The position numbers were made by a program, and so were the translations under genes. The notes beneath the pieces are model-generated. The model ran no database searches, was not told where the DNA came from, and was given only the letters and a program-made list of their open reading frames with translations. From Bigelowiella natans CCMP2755 (taxonomy: Eukaryota; Protista; Cercozoa): DNA of 64,000 nt. The stretch spans positions 124,001 through 188,000 of the forward strand of contig ADNK01002290.1 in the NCBI GenBank assembly GCA_000320545.1, given 5' to 3'. Shown here in pieces: positions 60,247 through 64,000 of the stretch; the first letter of the stretch is position 1, and each line of letters opens with the position of its first letter.

Positions 60247-61562
60247 CGGGATTCTTGTAGAACCTAACGACTCGTTGGTGCTTATTTGCTCTCCATTGAT
60301 GTAGTATTGGCCCCAGCTTCCAGAAACGTAGAGGCGTGCAGCCTTTGTTTTCTCCAACAACTCGGTTGGAATCTTGAACTCAGATCGCAGTACCTTTAGT
60401 TCGTCGTCACCTGCCCATTCAAAAGTTGAAATTTATGACAAGATGCTTGGCACAGTCTTAGAGTTGTGCTGCACTACTGCGATCTGCGATATTTGAGCAT
60501 CATATGTGTTTCGTAGACTTGCGGTATCATTCTTTTCAGCATGCGTATTTTGTTTGAGTTGTGGGATAATCTGCATCTCCTTACCGATCCAAGTGGAAGG
60601 AAGCCAACTCTGTATGTTGTCAGAGATATCAATTATTTCGAACAACACCGTATAACACGCTCATAGAGGAAGGGAGGAACATTTGCTATGAGTTGAATTA
60701 GTGCGTTTGTTACCTTAGGATCCGCGCCCAAACCCATTTCGAAGCACGCAAGCTCGGATTCTTTCGCCCAGTTTCCGTCTAATCCACTGCAATGGGACCC
60801 ATTAAATAGATAAATCAGTGATAATCCATTTGTGATTGAAATCTGGATTTTCCTTCTTTTCCCCTTTCTTCCACTGAACTACCTTTGGTAAGAGACAGCA
60901 AAACAATATTGCGTGGCAGGCTGCAACGCTGGCCCATCATAGCGATAATTACGACCCGAAGAGGAAGATGATACAATCAACCTTGACCACACCTCCTTCA
61001 ATTTCTGAAATGAGTGAAACTACTCGGTGAAAACTACAGAGGGAAATAAATAGGAAGAGAATTGCTGTACCCCATCTTCGTTCTCAGATGCCAGTTTCAA
61101 AGATAAGCGTGATGTGTTGACCCGAAGCCCTCTGTTTTTAAACGATGAAGGCGGTGGAATCCACCAACTGATGAAAAATAATATATCCAGCAACAACCAC
61201 CACAGTGACTACAACATTCCATCCCCTTCATCAATCTAATTTGACCTCAGGACAGGATTTGGATTGTCAACGGCTAGAACAAGACCAACCTAATAATTCA
61301 ACGCACAATTATATACATACAAGGTTTTGGATTTTTTCCCGACCTCTGTTGGTGGTGTGAATCTCGAAGGATTGAGTCCATCAATTCGAAGCCCATCTGC
61401 TGGCGGCAATTCTATGCTCGATCTTCGTTCCTGGAAGCAAAAAATATAACACTGAGATCCGTACTCGCTAAAATTATCATCCTCATTTACCTTGATGAAA
61501 AAGGCATTGGTACCCCTAACAAGGAGCAAGAGCACCAAGGTCAAAAGGGGGGAGGTGCCCAT
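56098..61562 (-). CDS. Secreted alpha-L-rhamnosidase, glycoside hydrolase family 78, multi-exon
   Basis: SVPTDCPQRDERLGWMG, ITLRHAEV, ENLRSAKATDVY, FTYHGFR, GTIPDVVP, DPSWSSAF and TNLWEVWD...SRQHHM. Signal peptide MGTSPLLTLVLLLLVRG from ATG 61562. Confidence 0.92.
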
Positions 61563-62112
61563 GATTAGTTCTTGTCGTCCTCCCAATGAATACAACTTTT
61601 CGGGTTTCAGATCGAGGCAAGCAAGCAAGAGGGGTAGTCTACACAGAAATTAACTGAAAACAAGGAAGCGACAACTAAAATTGCTTCATTCTTACTGCAT
61701 TGGTCTGCCATAAAGCCATGTGCTCTTGCTGCCGTACTTCCATACCATACTTTAGAGGACACAAAAGTAAGGCCAAAATTAGGAGAATAAGCTCTTATGT
61801 ACGTTAAAACATACAAAATTGGCACTATTCTGTTGGTTGACATGCACAATTGCAACATTTATCGGGTAGAAATGAAGCGATTTCCCACCTGGAAACAGAG
61901 GATTTCCTGGATTTCCCGAAAGCGGCACCCGAGAATAATTTAACTGTATGGACAATCGGAGAAACATCGTGGAATTCTGTACTATAATTTTCAAAGAAAT
62001 AGATGATACTTCATTACAGCGACAATCAATTCTGTTTGTCATAATGGCATAATGCAGTAGAATGGCGGGTGATTTATCCGATAGGGGCTCTGGCACACAT
62101 TGAGCACATAAG

Positions 62113-63117
62113 ATGGGGAAAAAGAGGAGTGCACGAAGTCTCGCCCGTCCTCTAAATAGCTATGCGTCTAAACGGAAGTCCCTCGTCGCTTCGACTGAAA
62201 CTAATGTCTGCGAATCTTCACCGTCTCGTAATCCAGCAGCACAAAAGTGCACCATTCAACGGGAAAAGAGGAGTGAAGGCCACATAATCTCGAGGGAACC
62301 TCCTCCATCGAAGAAAAGACAACGACACAGCTCCTCCCGTGCAAAGGGAAAGATAAGCCACCTTAGGTGGATTGCGGCAATTATCCTCTCCTCTTTGTAT
62401 TGTCAGCAGTATTTCTTCAAGTTCGAGCCAGGTGGTACAACAATATTTGAATACCACCACCGATGAATCAAAAGGAAATGACGGTAAATACTTGTGTGAT
62501 AGCATCCACGAACCTTGCAAGTAACCCTGGCTTCCCAGGTTTGAAGTAGTAGGTTGACAGATGCAAAGCTCGAGCATTATTCTCACAAGAAATCATTTGA
62601 TCAAATATGAAGGCCCTTTTGGACTCTCGGGAGGTTTTTTGAGCAGATTTGGGCAATTGCCTCCCAACAATGCAGGAATGAATGACATGGGAGGGGGAGG
62701 GGGGTATGGTGGTCCTATGGAATTGTGGAGAAACGCTGGGGTGATTCAAAACACACACAAAAAATGCTAGGTAGCATCCACAGAAAAAGGAAATAAACAC
62801 ATTTGTTCGAATACGTCTCTGCGATGATAATTTAAAGAAAAGATGAGTTTACATCTTCTTTCGTACTTTCTCAGACAAATAATAATATGCTCTCTCGTCT
62901 TGGAGGAGGCGATGAATACTCGAGCAGCAGCCGCAGCAATCCAAGTTATGGCGGCTACATTGGAAACAATCCAAACTACGGCGGTTACAGCTCAAACATC
63001 CCTTCTCCACCACAGCCGCCATTTAACCAGGATCTTCGATATTATGGAGGTCCCGTTCCAGGAGTTGGAGGTGGAAGCGGTGGGATGATGTTGCCCCCAA
63101 ACAGAGGCGGTAAGTAA
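62113..63117 (+). CDS. Hypothetical protein, basic N-terminus and Gly/Tyr/Pro-rich segments (structure and 3' end unresolved)
   Basis: ATG-initiated K/R/S-rich ORF followed by + strand ORFs with GGGGYGG and NPSYGGY...NPNYGGY low-complexity content, ending at a GTAAGT donor near 63110. No family recognised. Confidence 0.35.
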
Positions 63118-64000
63118 GTGAGCAAGTAAGAAGTAGCAGTAGCATAGCATCAGAGAGCTACTACGTGCTAATGATTTTATTACAAAAAATATGGCACATC
63201 TGATTCATCATACATCATGAGAGACAATCAATGGAAACATACAATTGACCACATCTCAAATCCTAAATCACACGTTTGACGATATTTGTTCCTGGCTGCT
63301 GTTTATTCACGAATAAAGGCAACGGACCACCCCCCATCCCCCCTCCCCCTGGCCTTGGAGGCGGTGGAGGATATGGAGATTGGAGGGATATCGCATACAC
63401 AAACACAATGCGGTACTACGTGTTTGATGAAGCTTACTAATTTTACCTTCTTGGCACCAAAAAGAAAGCTAGACGATAAATGGAGAGGGGGGAGAAATTC
63501 TGATCGTTATTCCAAAAATATTATTTATTCATTTGAATTATAAAAGGTTGCCTCTATAAATTTTCCTTCATAGTTAGAGGTGTAAAATTATTGATGTCCA
63601 ACGTAGATAGACTTAATAATTGTGCATATTCTCTGTCATATCTACCTTGTCCGGCTCCTCATTATTATATTCCGTAGACGACTCTACTTATCAATGATGC
63701 ACGATCAGGTAGTAAGATGCTGCAACCTACCATTTCCTACTCGAGCAGCTCATCACGAATCATGAATAGTGTCTGATTTATAGTGTCTGATGTATGTAAA
63801 AAATGCACGTGCATGCTCTCCATAAAATGCAAATATATAGTTCATGGACCAAGTATACCGGCACAATATGCGGAAAAGACTCAAGGTAAAGAAATTATTT
63901 GATGACAGTATCATACTGGGAGGGATGTTGTGTTGAAATTGATATGACTATTATTATCGTCTTGTTGTTGTTGTTGTTGTTGTTGCGTAAAGTGGGTGCT

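Overview
Eukaryotic nuclear DNA: intron-rich (GT-AG), gene-dense and loaded with microsatellites. It is most likely from a secondary-plastid protist, possibly a chlorarachniophyte; this is inferred from signal-peptide-plus-transit-like leaders on a PPR protein and on a second protein. Most short ORFs in the supplied track are microsatellite or antisense artefacts. Splicing exons by eye gives about 17 genes: membrane/C2 protein (+), RING-H2 E3 ligase (-), eIF4E (+), TPT/nucleotide-sugar transporter (-), PPR (+), catalase-like (-), Cyc8/Ssn6-like TPR (+), N-acylated Rab-like GTPase (-), dynein light chain (+), GT8-like (-), DRAM/Frag1-like (+), PUS7 (-), tyrosine-kinase-like/Kelch (+), secreted PTP-like (-), SH3-like/dead histidine phosphatase/SAM protein (+), GH78 rhamnosidase (-), hypothetical (+). 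The main higher-order signal is that gene orientation alternates at every step. All eight tail-to-tail intervals carry a distinctive tract rich in GCTAGC/CATG/TGCA short palindromes, while head-to-head intervals look different. One short dispersed repeat occurs only in divergent intervals and another only in convergent ones. No mobile-element ORFs, RNA genes or CRISPR arrays were recognised. Gene boundaries are manual and approximate, and family calls rest on motif recall, not database searches.
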